DNA of 64,000 bases from Eledone cirrhosa (taxonomy: Eukaryota), in the NCBI GenBank assembly GCA_964016885.1, contig OZ024743.1, forward strand, positions 129,518,001-129,582,000, read 5' to 3'. Each line of letters starts with the position of its first letter. The first letter of the stretch is position 1. Both the position numbers and the translations under genes were made by a program. Shown one piece after another: positions 46,136-61,124 of this stretch. The notes under the pieces were generated by a model. It was not told the DNA's origin and ran no database searches. It was given only the letters and a program-made list of their open reading frames with translations.

Positions 46136-49100
46136 ACCACCAAACACCAAACACCAAGCACCAAGGACACAACATCAAACACCAAGGACCAAGCACCAAG
46201 CACCAAACACCAAACACCAAGCACCAAGCACCAAGCACCAAGCACCGAACACCAAGCCCCAAACACCAAGCCCCAAACACCAAGCACAAAGCACCAAACA
46301 CTAAGTCCCACGCACCAAGCACCAAACACCAAACACCAAACACCAAGCACCAAACACCAAACAACAAGCACCAGGCACCAAGCACCAAACACCAAACACC
46401 AAGCACGAAGCACCAAACACCAAACACCAAGCACGCAGCATCAAACACCAAGCACCAAGCACCAAGCACCAAACACCAAGCTCCAAGCACCAAGCACCAA
46501 GTACCAAACACCAAACACCAAGCACCAAACACCAAACACCAAGCACCAAGCACAAAGCACGAAACACCAGGCACCAAGCTCCAAGCACAAAACACCAAAC
46601 ACCAAGCACAAAACACCAGCCACCATGCACCAAGCACCAAACACCAAACACCAAGCACTATGCACCAAACACCAAACAACAAGCACCAGGCACCAAGCAC
46701 CAAACGCCAAACACCAAGCACGCAGCACCAAACACCTAGCACCAAGCACCAACCACCAAACACCAAGCACCAAGCACCAAGCACCAAACACCAAACACCA
46801 AGCACCAAGAACCAAACACCAAACACCAAACAGCAAGCACCAAGCACCAAACACCAAGCACCAAACACCAAACAGCAAACACCAAACACCAAACAGCAAA
46901 CAGCAAACGCCAAACACCAAGCACCAAGCACCAAGCACCAAACACCAAGCACCAAGCACCAAGCACCAAACACCAAGCACGAAGCACCAAACACCAAACA
47001 CCAAGCACCAAGCACCAAGCACCAAACACCAAACACCAAGCACCAAACACCAGATACCAAGCACCAAGCACCAAACACCAAACACCAAGCACCAAGCAAC
47101 AAACACCAAACAACAAGCACCAGGCACCAAGCACGAAACACCAAACACCAAGCACCAAGCACCAAACACCAGGCACGCAGCATCAAACACCAAGCACCAA
47201 GCACCAAGCACCAAGTACCAAACACCAACCACCAAGCACCAAACACCAAACACCAAGCACCAAGCACCAAGCACGAAACACAGGCACCAAGCACCAAGCA
47301 CCAAACACCAAACACCAAGCACGCAGCACCAAACACCAAGCACCAAGCACCAAACACCAAGTACCAAGCACCAAGCACCAAGCACCAAGCACCAAACACC
47401 AAACACCAAACACCAAGCACCAAGAACCAAACACCAAACAGCAAGCACCAAGCACCAAACACCAAGTACCAAACACCAAACCCCAAGCACCAATCACCAA
47501 ACACTAATCACCAAGTACCAAGCACCAAAGACCAAGCACCAAGCACCAAGCACCAAGCACCAAGCACCAAACACCAAGCACCAAGCACCAAACACCAAAC
47601 ACCAAACACCAAGCACCAAGCACCAAACAGCAAGCACCAAACACCAAGCACCAAACACCAAGCACCAAACACCAAGCCCCACGCACCAAGCACCAAACAC
47701 CAAACACCGAGCACCAAGCACCAAACACCAAGCACCAAGCACCAAGACCCTAGCACCAAACACCAAACACCAAGCAAAAAGCACAAAACACCAAGCACCA
47801 ATCACCAAGCACCAAACACCAAGCAGCAAGCAGCAAGCACCAAACACCAAACACCAAGCACCAAGCACCAAATACCAAACACCAAGCACCAAGGACCAAA
47901 CATCAAACACCAAGCACCAAGCACCAAACGCCTAACACCAAGCACCAAGCACCAAGCACCAAGCACCAAACACCAAGCACCAATCACCTAACACCGTGCA
48001 CCAAGCACCAAACACCAAGCACCAGGCACCAAGCACCAAACACCAAGCACCAAGCACCAAGCACCAAACACCAAACACCAAGCACCAAGCACCAAACACC
48101 AAACACCAAACACCAATCACCAGGAACCAAACACCAAACACCAAGCACCAAGCACCAAGCACCAAACACCAAACACCAAGCACCAAACACCAGATACCAA
48201 GCACCAAGCACCAAACACCAAGCACCAAGCACCAAGCACCAAACACCAAACAACAAGCACCAGGCACCAAGCACCAAACACCAAAAACCAAGCACCAAGC
48301 ACCAAACACCAAACACCAAGCATGCAGCATCAAACACCAAGCACCAAGCACCAAGCACCAATCACCAAGCACCAAGCACCAAGCACCAAACACCAAACAC
48401 CAAACACCAAGCACCAAACACCAAACACCTAGCACCAAGCACCAAGCACGAAACACCAGGCACCAAGCACCAAGCACCAAACACCAAACAGCAAGCACTA
48501 AGCACCAGACACCAAACCACAAGCACCAGGCACCAAGCACCAAACACCAAACACCAAGCACGCAGCACCAAACACCAAGCACCAAACACCAAGCACCAAG
48601 CACCAAGCACCAAACACCAAACACCAAACACCAAGCACCAAACACCAAACACCAAACAGCAAGCACCAAGCACCAAACACCAAGCACCAAACACCAAACA
48701 CGAAGCACCAATCACCAAACACTAATCACCAAGCACCAAGCACCAAACACCAAGCACCAAGCACCAAGCACCAAACACCAAGCACCAAGCACCAAGCACC
48801 AAGCACCAAACACCAAGCACCAAGCGCCAAACACCAAACCCCAAGCACCAAAGACCAAGCACCAAGCACCAAGGACCAAACACCAAGCACCAGGCACCAA
48901 GCACCAAAAACCAAGCACCATGCACCAAACACCAAGCACCAAGCACCAAGCACCAAACACCAAGTACCAATCACCAAACACTTAACACCAAGCACCAAGC
49001 ACCAAGCACCATACACCAAGCACCAAACACCAAACACCAAGCACCAAGTACCAAACACCAAGCACCAAGCACCAAACACCAAGCACCAAGCACCAATCAC

Positions 49101-52100
49101 CAAACACCAAGAACCAAGCACCAAACACCAAGCAACAAGCACCAAGTACATACACCAAGCACCAAACACCAAACACAAAACACCAAGCACCAAGCACCAA
49201 GCACCAAACACCAAGCACCAAACACCAAACACCAAGCACCAAACACCAAACACCAAGCACCAAGCACCAAAACCCAAACACCAAGCACCAAGCACCAAAC
49301 ACCAAACACCAAACACCAGACACCAAGCACCAAACACCAAACACCAAACACCAATCACCAAGCACCAAACACCAAGCACCAAACACCAAACACCAAACAG
49401 CAAACCCCAAGCACCAAGCACCAAACACTAATCACCAAGCACCAAGCACCAAACAACAAGCACCAAGCACCAAGAACCAGGCACCAAGCACCAAGCACCA
49501 AACACAAAACACCAAACACCAAACACCAAACACCAAGCACAAAGCACCAAGCACCAAGCACCAAACGCCAAGCACCCAGCACCAAACACCAAACACCAAG
49601 TACCAAGCACCAAACACCATACACCAAGCACCAAGCACCAAACACCAAACACCAAGCACCAAACACCAGACACCAAGCACCAAACACCAAGCACCAAGCA
49701 CCAAGCACCAAACACCAAACACCAAGCACCAAACACCAGATACCAAGCACCAAGCACCAAACACCAAACACCAAGCACCAAGCAGCAAACACCAAACAAC
49801 AAGCACCAGGCACCAAGCACGAAACACCAAACACCAAGCACCAAGCACCAAACACCAGGCACGCAGCATCAAACACCAAGCACCAAGCACCAAGCACCAA
49901 GTACCAAACACCAACCACCAAGCACCAAACACCAAACACCAAGCACCAAGCACCAAGCACGAAACACAGGCACCAAGCACCAAGCACCAAACACCAAACA
50001 CCAAGCACGCAGCACCAAACACCAAGCACCAAGCACCAAACACCAAGTACCAAGCACCAAGCACCAAACACCAAACACCAAACACCAAGCACCAAGAACC
50101 AAACACCAAACAGCAAGCACCAAGCACCAAACACCAAGTACCAAACACCAAACCCCAAGCACCAATCACCAAACACTAATCACCAAGTACCAAGCACCAA
50201 AGACCAAGCACCAAGCACCAAGCACCAAGCACCAAGCACCAAACACCAAGCACCAAGCACCAAACACCAAACACCAAACACCAAGCACCAAGCACCAAAC
50301 AGCAAGCACCAAACACCAAGCACCAAACACCAAACACCAAACACCAAGCCCCATGCACCAAGCACCAAACACCAAACACCGAGCACCAAGCACCAAACAC
50401 CAAGCACCAAGCACCAAGACCCTAGCACCAAACACCAAACACCAAGCAAAAAGCACAAAACACCAAGCACCAATCACCAAGCACGAAACACCAAGCAGCA
50501 AGCAGCAAGCACCAAACACCAAACACCAAGCACCAAGCACCAAATACCAAACACCAAGCACCAAGGACCAAACATCAAACACCAAGCACCAAGCACCAAA
50601 CGCCTAACACCAAGCACCAAGCACCAAGCACCAAGCACCAAACACCAAGCACCAATCACCTAACACCAAGCACCAAGCACCAAACACCAAGCACCAGGCA
50701 CCAAGCACCAAACACCAAGCACCAAGCACCAAGCACCAAACACCAAACACCAAGCACCAAGCACCAAACACCAAACACCAAACACCAATCACCAGGAACC
50801 AAACACCAAACACCAAGCACCAAGCACCAAGCACCAAACACCAAACACCAAGCACCAAACACCAGATACCAAGCACCAAGCACCAAACACCAAGCACCAA
50901 GCACCAAGCACCAAACACCAAACAACAAGCACCAGGCACCAAGCACCAAAAACCAAAAACCAAGCACCAAGCACCAAACACCAAACACCAAGCATGCAGC
51001 ATCAAACACCAAGCACCAAGCACCAAGCACCAATCACCAAGCACCAAGCACCAAGCACCAAACACCAAACACCAAACACCAAGCACCAAACACCAAACAC
51101 CTAGCACCAAGCACCAAACACTAATCACCAAGCACCAAGCACCAAACAACAAGCACCAAGCACCAAGAACCAGGCACCAAGCACCAAGCACCAAACACAA
51201 AACACCAAGCACCAAGCACCAAGCAGCACACACCAAGCATCAAACACCAAACACCAAACACCAAACACCAAGCACTAAGCACCAAGCACCAAGCACCAAA
51301 CGCCAAGCACCCAGCACCAAACACCAAACACCAAGTACCAAGCACCAAACACCATACACCAAGCACCAAGCACCAAACACCAAACACCAAGCACCAAACA
51401 CCAGACACCAAGCACCAAACACCAAGCACCAAGCACCAAGCACCAAACACCAAACAACAAGCACCAGGTACCAAGCACCAAACACCAAAAACCAAGCACC
51501 AAGCACCAAACAACAAGCCCCAATCACCAAACGCCAAACACCAAGAACCAAGCACCAAGCACCAAACACCAAACAACAAACACCAAACAGCAAACACCAA
51601 ACACCAAACAGCAAAAACCAAATACGAAACAGCAAACACCATACAGCAAACACCATACGCCAAAAAGCAGACACCAAACAGCAAACACCAAACACCAAAC
51701 ACCAAACACCAAACACCAAGCACCAAGCACCAACCACCAAACCCCAAGCACCAAGCAACAAACACTAATCACCAAGCACCAAGCACCAAACACCAAGCAC
51801 CAAGCACCAAACACCACGCACCAAGCACCAAGCACCAAACACCAAACACCAAGCACCAAACACCAAGCACCAAGCACCAAGCACCAAACAACAAGCACCA
51901 AGCACCAAGCACCAAACACCAAGCACCAAGCACCAAACACCAAGCACCAAGCACCGAACACCAAGCACCAAGGACCCAACATCAAACACCAAGCACCAAG
52001 CACCAAGCACCAAACACCAAACACCAAGCACCAATCACAAAGAACGAAACAACAAGCAGCAAGCAGCAAGCACCAAACACCAAACACCAAGCACCAAACA

Positions 52101-55100
52101 CCAAACACCAAGCACCAAGGACCCAACATCAAACACCAAGGACCAAGCACCAAGCACCAAACACCAAACACCAAGCACCAAGCACCAAGCACCAAGCACC
52201 GAACACCAAGCCCCAAACACCAAGCCCCAAACACCAAGCACAAAGCACCAAACACTAAGTCCCACGCACCAAGCACCAAACACCAAACACCAAACACCAA
52301 GCACCAAACACCAAACAACAAGCACCAGGCACCAAGCACCAAACACCAAACACCAAGCACGAAGCACCAAACACCAAACACCAAGCACGCAGCATCAAAC
52401 ACCAAGCACCAAGCACCAAGCACCAAACACCAAGCTCCAAGCACCAAGCACCAAGTACCAAACACCAAACACCAAGCACCAAACACCAAACACCAAGCAC
52501 CAAGAACAAAGCACGAAACACCAGGCACCAAGCTCCAAGCACAAAACACCAAACACCAAGCACAAAACACCAGCCACCATGCACCAAGCACCAAACACCA
52601 AACACCAAGCACTATGCACCAAACACCAAACAACAAGCACCAGGCACCAAGCACCAAACGCCAAACACCAAGCACGCAGCACCAAACACCTAGCACCAAG
52701 CACCAACCACCAAACACCAAACACCAAGCACCAAGGACACAACATCAAACACCAAGGACCAAGCACCAAGCACCAAACACCAAACACCAAGCACCAAGCA
52801 CCAAGCACCAAGCACCGAACACCAAGCCCCAAACACCAAGCCCCAAACACCAAGCACAAAGCACCAAACACTAAGTCCCACGCACCAAGCACCAAACACC
52901 AAACACCAAACACCAAGCACCAAACACCAAACAACAAGCACCAGGCACCAAGCACCAAACACCAAACACCAAGCACGAAGCACCAAACACCAAACACCAA
53001 GCACGCAGCATCAAACACCAAGCACCAAGCACCAAGCACCAAACACCAAGCTCCAAGCACCAAGCACCAAGTACCAAACACCAAACACCAAGCACCAAAC
53101 ACCAAACACCAAGCACCAAGCACAAAGCACGAAACACCAGGCACCAAGCTCCAAGCACAAAACACCAAACACCAAGCACAAAACACCAGCCACCATGCAC
53201 CAAGCACCAAACACCAAACACCAAGCACTATGCACCAAACACCAAACAACAAGCACCAGGCACCAAGCACCAAACGCCAAACACCAAGCACGCAGCACCA
53301 AACACCTAGCACCAAGCACCAACCACCAAACACCAAGCACCAAGCACCAAGCACCAAACACCAAACACCAAGCACCAAGAACCAAACACCAAACACCAAA
53401 CAGCAAGCACCAAGCACCAAACACCAAGCACCAAACACCAAACAGCAAACACCAAACACCAAACAGCAAACAGCAAACGCCAAACACCAAGCACCAAGCA
53501 CCAAGCACCAAACACCAAGCACCAAGCACCAAGCAGCAAACACCAAGCATCAAACACCAAACACCAAACACCAAGCACCAAACACCAAGCACGAAGCACC
53601 AAACACCAAACACCAAGCACCAAGCACCAAGCACCAAACACCAAACACCAAGCACCAAACACCAGATACCAAGCACCAAGCACCAAACACCAAACACCAA
53701 GCACCAAGCAGCAAACACCAAACAACAAGCACCAGGCACCAAGCACGAAACACCAAACACCAAGCACCAAGCACCAAACACCAGGCACGCAGCATCAAAC
53801 ACCAAGCACCAAGCACCAAGCACCAAGTACCAAACACCAACCACCAAGCACCAAACACCAAACACCAAGCACCAAGCACCAAGCACGAAACACAGGCACC
53901 AAGCACCAAGCACCAAACACCAAACACCAAGCACGCAGCACCAAACACCAAGCACCAAGCACCAAACACCAAGTACCAAGCACCAAGCACCAAGCACCAA
54001 GCACCAAACACCAAACACCAAACACCAAGCACCAAGAACCAAACACCAAACAGCAAGCACCAAGCACCAAACACCAAGTACCAAACACCAAACCCCAAGC
54101 ACCAATCACCAAACACTAATCACCAAGTACCAAGCACCAAAGACCAAGCACCAAGCACCAAGCACCAAGCACCAAGCACCAAACACCAAGCACCAAGCAC
54201 CAAACACCAAACACCAAACACCAAGCACCAAGCACCAAACAGCAAGCACCAAACACCAAGCACCAAACACCAAGCACCAAACACCAAGCCCCACGCACCA
54301 AGCACCAAACACCAAACACCGAGCACCAAGCACCAAACACCAAGCACCAAGCACCAAGACCCTAGCACCAAACACCAAACACCAAGCAAAAAGCACAAAA
54401 CACCAAGCACCAATCACCAAGCACCAAACACCAAGCAGCAAGCAGCAAGCACCAAACACCAAACACCAAGCACCAAGCACCAAATACCAAACACCAAGCA
54501 CCAAGGACCAAACATCAAACACCAAGCACCAAGCACCAAACGCCTAACACCAAGCACCAAGCACCAAGCACCAAGCACCAAACACCAAGCACCAATCACC
54601 TAACACCGTGCACCAAGCACCAAACACCAAGCACCAGGCACCAAGCACCAAACACCAAGCACCAAGCACCAAGCACCAAACACCAAACACCAAGCACCAA
54701 GCACCAAACACCAAACACCAAACACCAATCACCAGGAACCAAACACCAAACACCAAGCACCAAGCACCAAGCACCAAACACCAAACACCAAGCACCAAAC
54801 ACCAGATACCAAGCACCAAGCACCAAACACCAAGCACCAAGCACCAAGCACCAAACACCAAACAACAAGCACCAGGCACCAAGCACCAAACACCAAAAAC
54901 CAAGCACCAAGCACCAAACACCAAACACCAAGCATGCAGCATCAAACACCAAGCACCAAGCACCAAGCACCAATCACCAAGCACCAAGCACCAAGCACCA
55001 AACACCAAACACCAAACACCAAGCACCAAACACCAAACACCTAGCACCAAGCACCAAGCACGAAACACCAGGCACCAAGCACCAAGCACCAAACACCAAA

Positions 55101-56331
55101 CAGCAAGCACTAAGCACCAGACACCAAACCACAAGCACCAGGCACCAAGCACCAAACACCAAACACCAAGCACGCAGCACCAAACACCAAGCACCAAACA
55201 CCAAGCACCAAGCACCAAGCACCAAACACCAAACACCAAACACCAAGCACCAAACACCAAACACCAAACAGCAAGCACCAAGCACCAAACACCAAGCACC
55301 AAACACCAAACACGAAGCACCAATCACCAAACACTAATCACCAAGCACCAAGCACCAAACACCAAGCACCAAGCACCAAGCACCAAACACCAAGCACCAA
55401 GCACCAAGCACCAAGCACCAAACACCAAGCACCAAGCGCCAAACACCAAACCCCAAGCACCAAAGACCAAGCACCAAGCACCAAGGACCAAACACCAAGC
55501 ACCAGGCACCAAGCACCAAAAACCAAGCACCATGCACCAAACACCAAGCACCAAGCACCAAGCACCAAACACCAAGTACCAATCACCAAACACTTAACAC
55601 CAAGCACCAAGCACCAAGCACCATACACCAAGCACCAAACACCAAACACCAAGCACCAAGTACCAAACACCAAGCACCAAGCACCAAACACCAAGCACCA
55701 AGCACCAATCACCAAACACCAAGAACCAAGCACCAAACACCAAGCAACAAGCACCAAGTACATACACCAAGCACCAAACACCAAACACAAAACACCAAGC
55801 ACCAAGCACCAAGCACCAAACACCAAGCACCAAACACCAAACACCAAGCACCAAACACCAAACACCAAGCACCAAGCACCAAAACCCAAACACCAAGCAC
55901 CAAGCACCAAACACCAAACACCAAACACCAGACACCAAGCACCAAACACCAAACACCAAACACCAATCACCAAGCACCAAACACCAAGCACCAAACACCA
56001 AACACCAAACAGCAAACCCCAAGCACCAAGCACCAAACACTAATCACCAAGCACCAAGCACCAAACAACAAGCACCAAGCACCAAGAACCAGGCACCAAG
56101 CACCAAGCACCAAACACAAAACACCAAACACCAAACACCAAACACCAAGCACAAAGCACCAAGCACCAAGCACCAAACGCCAAGCACCCAGCACCAAACA
56201 CCAAACACCAAGTACCAAGCACCAAACACCATACACCAAGCACCAAGCACCAAACACCAAACACCAAGCACCAAACACCAGACACCAAGCACCAAACACC
56301 AAGCACCAAGCACCAAGCACCAAACACCAAA
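43108..56331 (+). repeat. Near-perfect tandem duplication, unit ~6.6 kb (43108-49677 / 49678-56331)
   Basis: ORF pairs at offset 6570 (43299/49869, 44034/50604, 44954/51524, 46625/53195), then 6612 after a 42-bp indel (47494/54106, 48726/55338, 49097/55709). Confidence 0.93.
45530..46760 (+). repeat. Nested 616-bp (88-heptamer) tandem duplication, also present at ~52100-53330
   Basis: ORF starts 46009/46625 and 52579/53195, and 45685/46301. It occurs in both 6.6-kb copies, so it predates that duplication. Confidence 0.88.
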
Positions 56332-59300
56332 CAACAAGCACCAGGTACCAAGCACCAAACACCAAAAACCAAGCACCAAGCACCAAACACCAAGCCCCAA
56401 TCACCAAACGCCAAACACCAAGAACCAAGCACCAAGCACCAAACACCAAACAACAAACACCAAACAGCAAACACCAAACACCAAACAGCAAAAACCAAAT
56501 ACGAAACAGCAAACACCATACAGCAAACACCATACGCCAAAAAGCAGACACCAAACAGCAAACACCAAACACCAAACACCAAACACCAAACACCAAGCAC
56601 CAAGCACCAACCACCAAACCCCAAGCACCAAGCAACAAACACTAATCACCAAGCACCAAGCACCAAACACCAAGCACCAAGCACCAAACACCACGCACCA
56701 AGCACCAAGCACCAAACACCAAACACCAAGCACCAAAGACCAAGCACCAAGCACCAAGCACCAAACACCAAGCACCAAGCACCAACCACCAAGCACCAAG
56801 CACCGAACACCAAGCACCAAGGACCCAACATCAAACACCAAGCACCAAGCACCAAGCACCAAACACCAAACACCAAGCACCAATCACAAAGAACGAAACA
56901 ACAAGCAGCAAGCAGCAAGCACCAAACACCAAACACCAAGCACCAAACACCAAACACCAAGCACCAAGGACCCAACATCAAACACCAAGGACCAAGCACC
57001 AAGCACCAAGCACCAAACACCAAACACCAAGCACCAAGCACCAAGCACCAAGCACCAAACACCAAGCCCCAAACACCAAGCCCCAAACACCAAGCACAAA
57101 ACACCAAACACTAAGTCCCACGCACCAAGCACCAAACACCAAACACCAAGCACCAAGCACCAAACACCAAACAACAAGCACCAGGCACCAAGCACCAAAC
57201 ACCAAACACCAAGCACGAAGCACCAAACACCAAACACCAAGCACGCAGCATCAAACACCAAGCACCAAGCACCAAGCACCAAACACCAAGCACCAAGCAC
57301 CAAGCACCAAGTACCAAACACCAAACACCAAGCACCAAGCATAAAGCACGAAACACCAGGCACCAAGCTCCAAGCACAAAACACCAAACACCAAGCACAA
57401 AACACCAGCCACCATGCACCAAGCACCAAACACCAAACACCAAGCACTATGCACCAAACACCAAACAACAAGCACCAGGCACCAAGCACCAAACGCCAAA
57501 CACCAAGCACGCAGCACCAAACACCAAGCACCAAGCACCAACCACCAAACACCAAGCACCAAGCACCAAGCACCAAACACCAAGCACCAAGAACCAAACA
57601 CCAAACACCAAACAGCAAGCACCAAGCACCAAACACCAAGCACCAAACACCAAACAGCAAACACCAAACACCAAACAGCAAACAGCAAACGCCAAACACC
57701 AAGCACCAAGCACCAAGCACCAAACACCAAGCACCAAGCACCAAGCACAAATCACCAAACACCAAGCACCAAGGACCAAACATCAAACACCAAGCACCAA
57801 GCACCTAACACCAAACACCAATCACCAAGCACCAAGCAAAAAGCACCGAACACCAAGCACCAAACACCAAGCACCAAACACCAAGCACCAAACACCAAGC
57901 ACCAAGCACCAGGCACCAAACACCAAGCACCAAGCACCAAACACCAAACAACAAGCACCAGGCACCAAGCACCAAACACCAAAAACCAAGCACCAAGCAC
58001 CAAACACCAAACACCAAGCATGCAGCATCAAACACCAAGCACCAAGCACCAAGCACCAATCACCAAGCACCAAGCACCAAGCACCAAACACCAAACACCA
58101 AACACCAAGCACCAAACACCAAACACCAAGCACCAAGCACCAAGCACGAAACACCAGGCACCAAGCACCAAGCACCAAACACCAAACAGCAAGCACCAAG
58201 AACCAAACACCAAACACCAAACAGCAAGCACCAAGCACCAAACACCAAGCACCAAACACCAAACACGAAGCACCAATCACCAAACACTAATCACCAAGCA
58301 CCAAGCACCAAACACCAAGCACCAAGCACCAAGCACCAAACACCAAGCACCAAGCACCAAGCACCAAGCACCAAACACCAAGCACCAAGCGCCAAACACC
58401 AAACCCCAAGCACCAAAGACCAAGCACCAAGCACCAAGGACCAAACACCAAGCACCAGGCACCAAGCACCAAAAACCAAGCACCATGCACCAAACACCAA
58501 GCACCAAGCACCAAGCACCAAACACCAAGCACCAATCACCAAACACTTAACACCAAGCACCAAGCACCAAGCACCATACACCAAGCACCAAACACCAAAC
58601 ACCAAGCACCAAGTACCAAACACCAAGCATCAAGCACCAAACACCAAGCACCAAGCACCAATCACCAAACACCAAGAACCAAGCACCAAACACCAAGCAA
58701 CAAGCACCAAGTACATACACCAAGCACCAAACACCAAACACAAAACACCAAGCACCAAGCACCAAGCACCAAACACCAAGCACCAAACACCAAACACCAA
58801 GCACCAAACACCAAACACCAAGCACCAAGCACCAAAACCCAAACACCAAGCACCAAGCACCAAACACCAAACACCAAACACCAGACACCAAGCACCAAAC
58901 ACCAAACACCAAACACCAATCACCAAGCACTAAACACCAAGCACCAAACACCAAACACCAAACAGCAAACCCCAAGCACCAAGCACCAAACACTAATCAC
59001 CAAGCACGAAGCACCAAACAACAAGCACCAAGCACCAAGAACCAGGCACCAAGCACCAAGCACCAAACACAAAACACCAAGCACCAAGCACCAAGCAGCA
59101 CACACCAAGCATCAAACACCAAACACCAAACACCAAACACCAAGCACTAAGCACCAAGCACCAAGCACCAAACGCCAAGCACCCAGCACCAAACACCAAA
59201 CACCAAGTACCAAGCACCAAACACCATACACCAAGCACCAAGCACCAAACACCAAACACCAAGCACCAAACACCAGACACCAAGCACCAAACACCAAGCA

Positions 59301-61124
59301 CCAAGCACCAAGCACCAAACACCAAACAACAAGCACCAGGTACCAAGCACCAAACACCAAAAACCAAGCACCAAGCACCAAACACCAAGCCCCAATCACC
59401 AAACGCCAAACACCAAGAACCAAGCACCAAGCACCAAACACCAAACAACAAACACCAAACAGCAAACACCAAACACCAAACAGCAAAAACCAAATACGAA
59501 ACAGCAAACACCATACAGCAAACACCATACGCCAAAAAGCAGACACCAAACACTAAGTCCCACGCACCAAGCACCAAACACCAAACACCAAGCACCAAGC
59601 ACCAAACACCAAACAACAAGCACCAGGCACCAAGCACCAAACACCAAACACCAAGCACGAAGCACCAAACACCAAACACCAAGCACGCAGCATCAAACAC
59701 CAAGCACCAAGCACCAAGCACCAAACACCAAGCACCAAGCACCAAGCACCAAGTACCAAACACCAAACACCAAGCACCAAACACCAAACACCAAGCACCA
59801 AGCATAAAGCACGAAACACCAGGCACCAAGCTCCAAGCACAAAACACCAAACACCAAGCACAAAACACCAGCCACCATGCACCAAGCACCAAACACCAAA
59901 CACCAAGCACTATGCACCAAACACCAAACAACAAGCACCAGGCACCAAGCACCAAACGCCAAACACCAAGCACGCAGCACCAAACACCAAGCACCAAGCA
60001 CCAACCACCAAACACCAAGCACCAAGCACCAAGCACCAAACACCAAACACCAAACACCAAGAACCAAACACCAAACACCAAACAGCAAGCACCAAGCACC
60101 AAACACCAAGCACCAAACACCAAACAGCAAACACCAAACACCAAACAGCAAACAGCAAACGCCAAACACCAAGCACCAAGCACCAAGCACCAAACACCAA
60201 GCACCAAGCACCAAGCACAAATCACCAAACACCAAGCACCAAGGACCAAACATCAAACACCAAGCACCAAGCACCAAACACCAAACACCAATCACCAAGC
60301 ACCAAGCAAAAAGCACCAAACACCAAGCACCAAGCACCAGGCACCAAACACCAAGCACCAAGCACCAAACACCAAGCACCAAGCACCAAACACATAACAC
60401 CAAGCACCAAGTACCAAACACCAAGCACCAAGCACCAAACACCAAGCACCAATCACTAAACACCAAGAACCAAGCACCAAACACCAAGCACCAAGCACCA
60501 AGTACATACACCAAGCACCAAACACCAAACACAAAACACCAAGCACCAAGCAACAAGCATCAAACACCAAGCATCAAACACCAAACACCAAGCACCAAGC
60601 ACCAAACACCAAACACCAAGCACCCAGCACCAAACACCAAGCACCAAGCACCAAGCACCAAACACCAAGCACCAAACACCAAACACCAAGCACCAAACAC
60701 CAAACACCAAGCACCAAGCACCAAAACCCAAACACCAAGCACCAAGCACCAAACACCAAACACCAAACACCAGACACCAAGCACCAAACCCCAAGCACCA
60801 AGCACCAAACACTAATCACCAAGCACCAAGCACCAGACAACAAGCACCAAGCACCAAGAACCAAGCACCAAGCACCAAGCACCAAACACAAAACACCAAG
60901 CACCAAGCACCAAGCAGCACACACCAAGCATCAAACACCAAACACCAAACACCAAGCACCAAACACCAAACACCAAGCACTAAGCACCAAGCACCAAGCA
61001 CCAAACTCCAAGCACCCAGCACCAAACACCAAACACCAAGCACCAAGCACCAAACACCAAACACCAAGCACCAAGCACCTAGCACCAAACACCAGACACC
61101 AAGCACCAAACACCAAGCACCAAG

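Noticed and set aside
13492-60815. Long plus-strand ORFs up to 674 aa (HQAPSTK repeats), superficially mucin-like or RNA Pol II CTD-like heptads
   Set aside because: The + strand has almost no T, so stop codons are intrinsically rare. Variants and 1-bp deletions show no codon-level constraint, and the repeat is not YSPTSPS.
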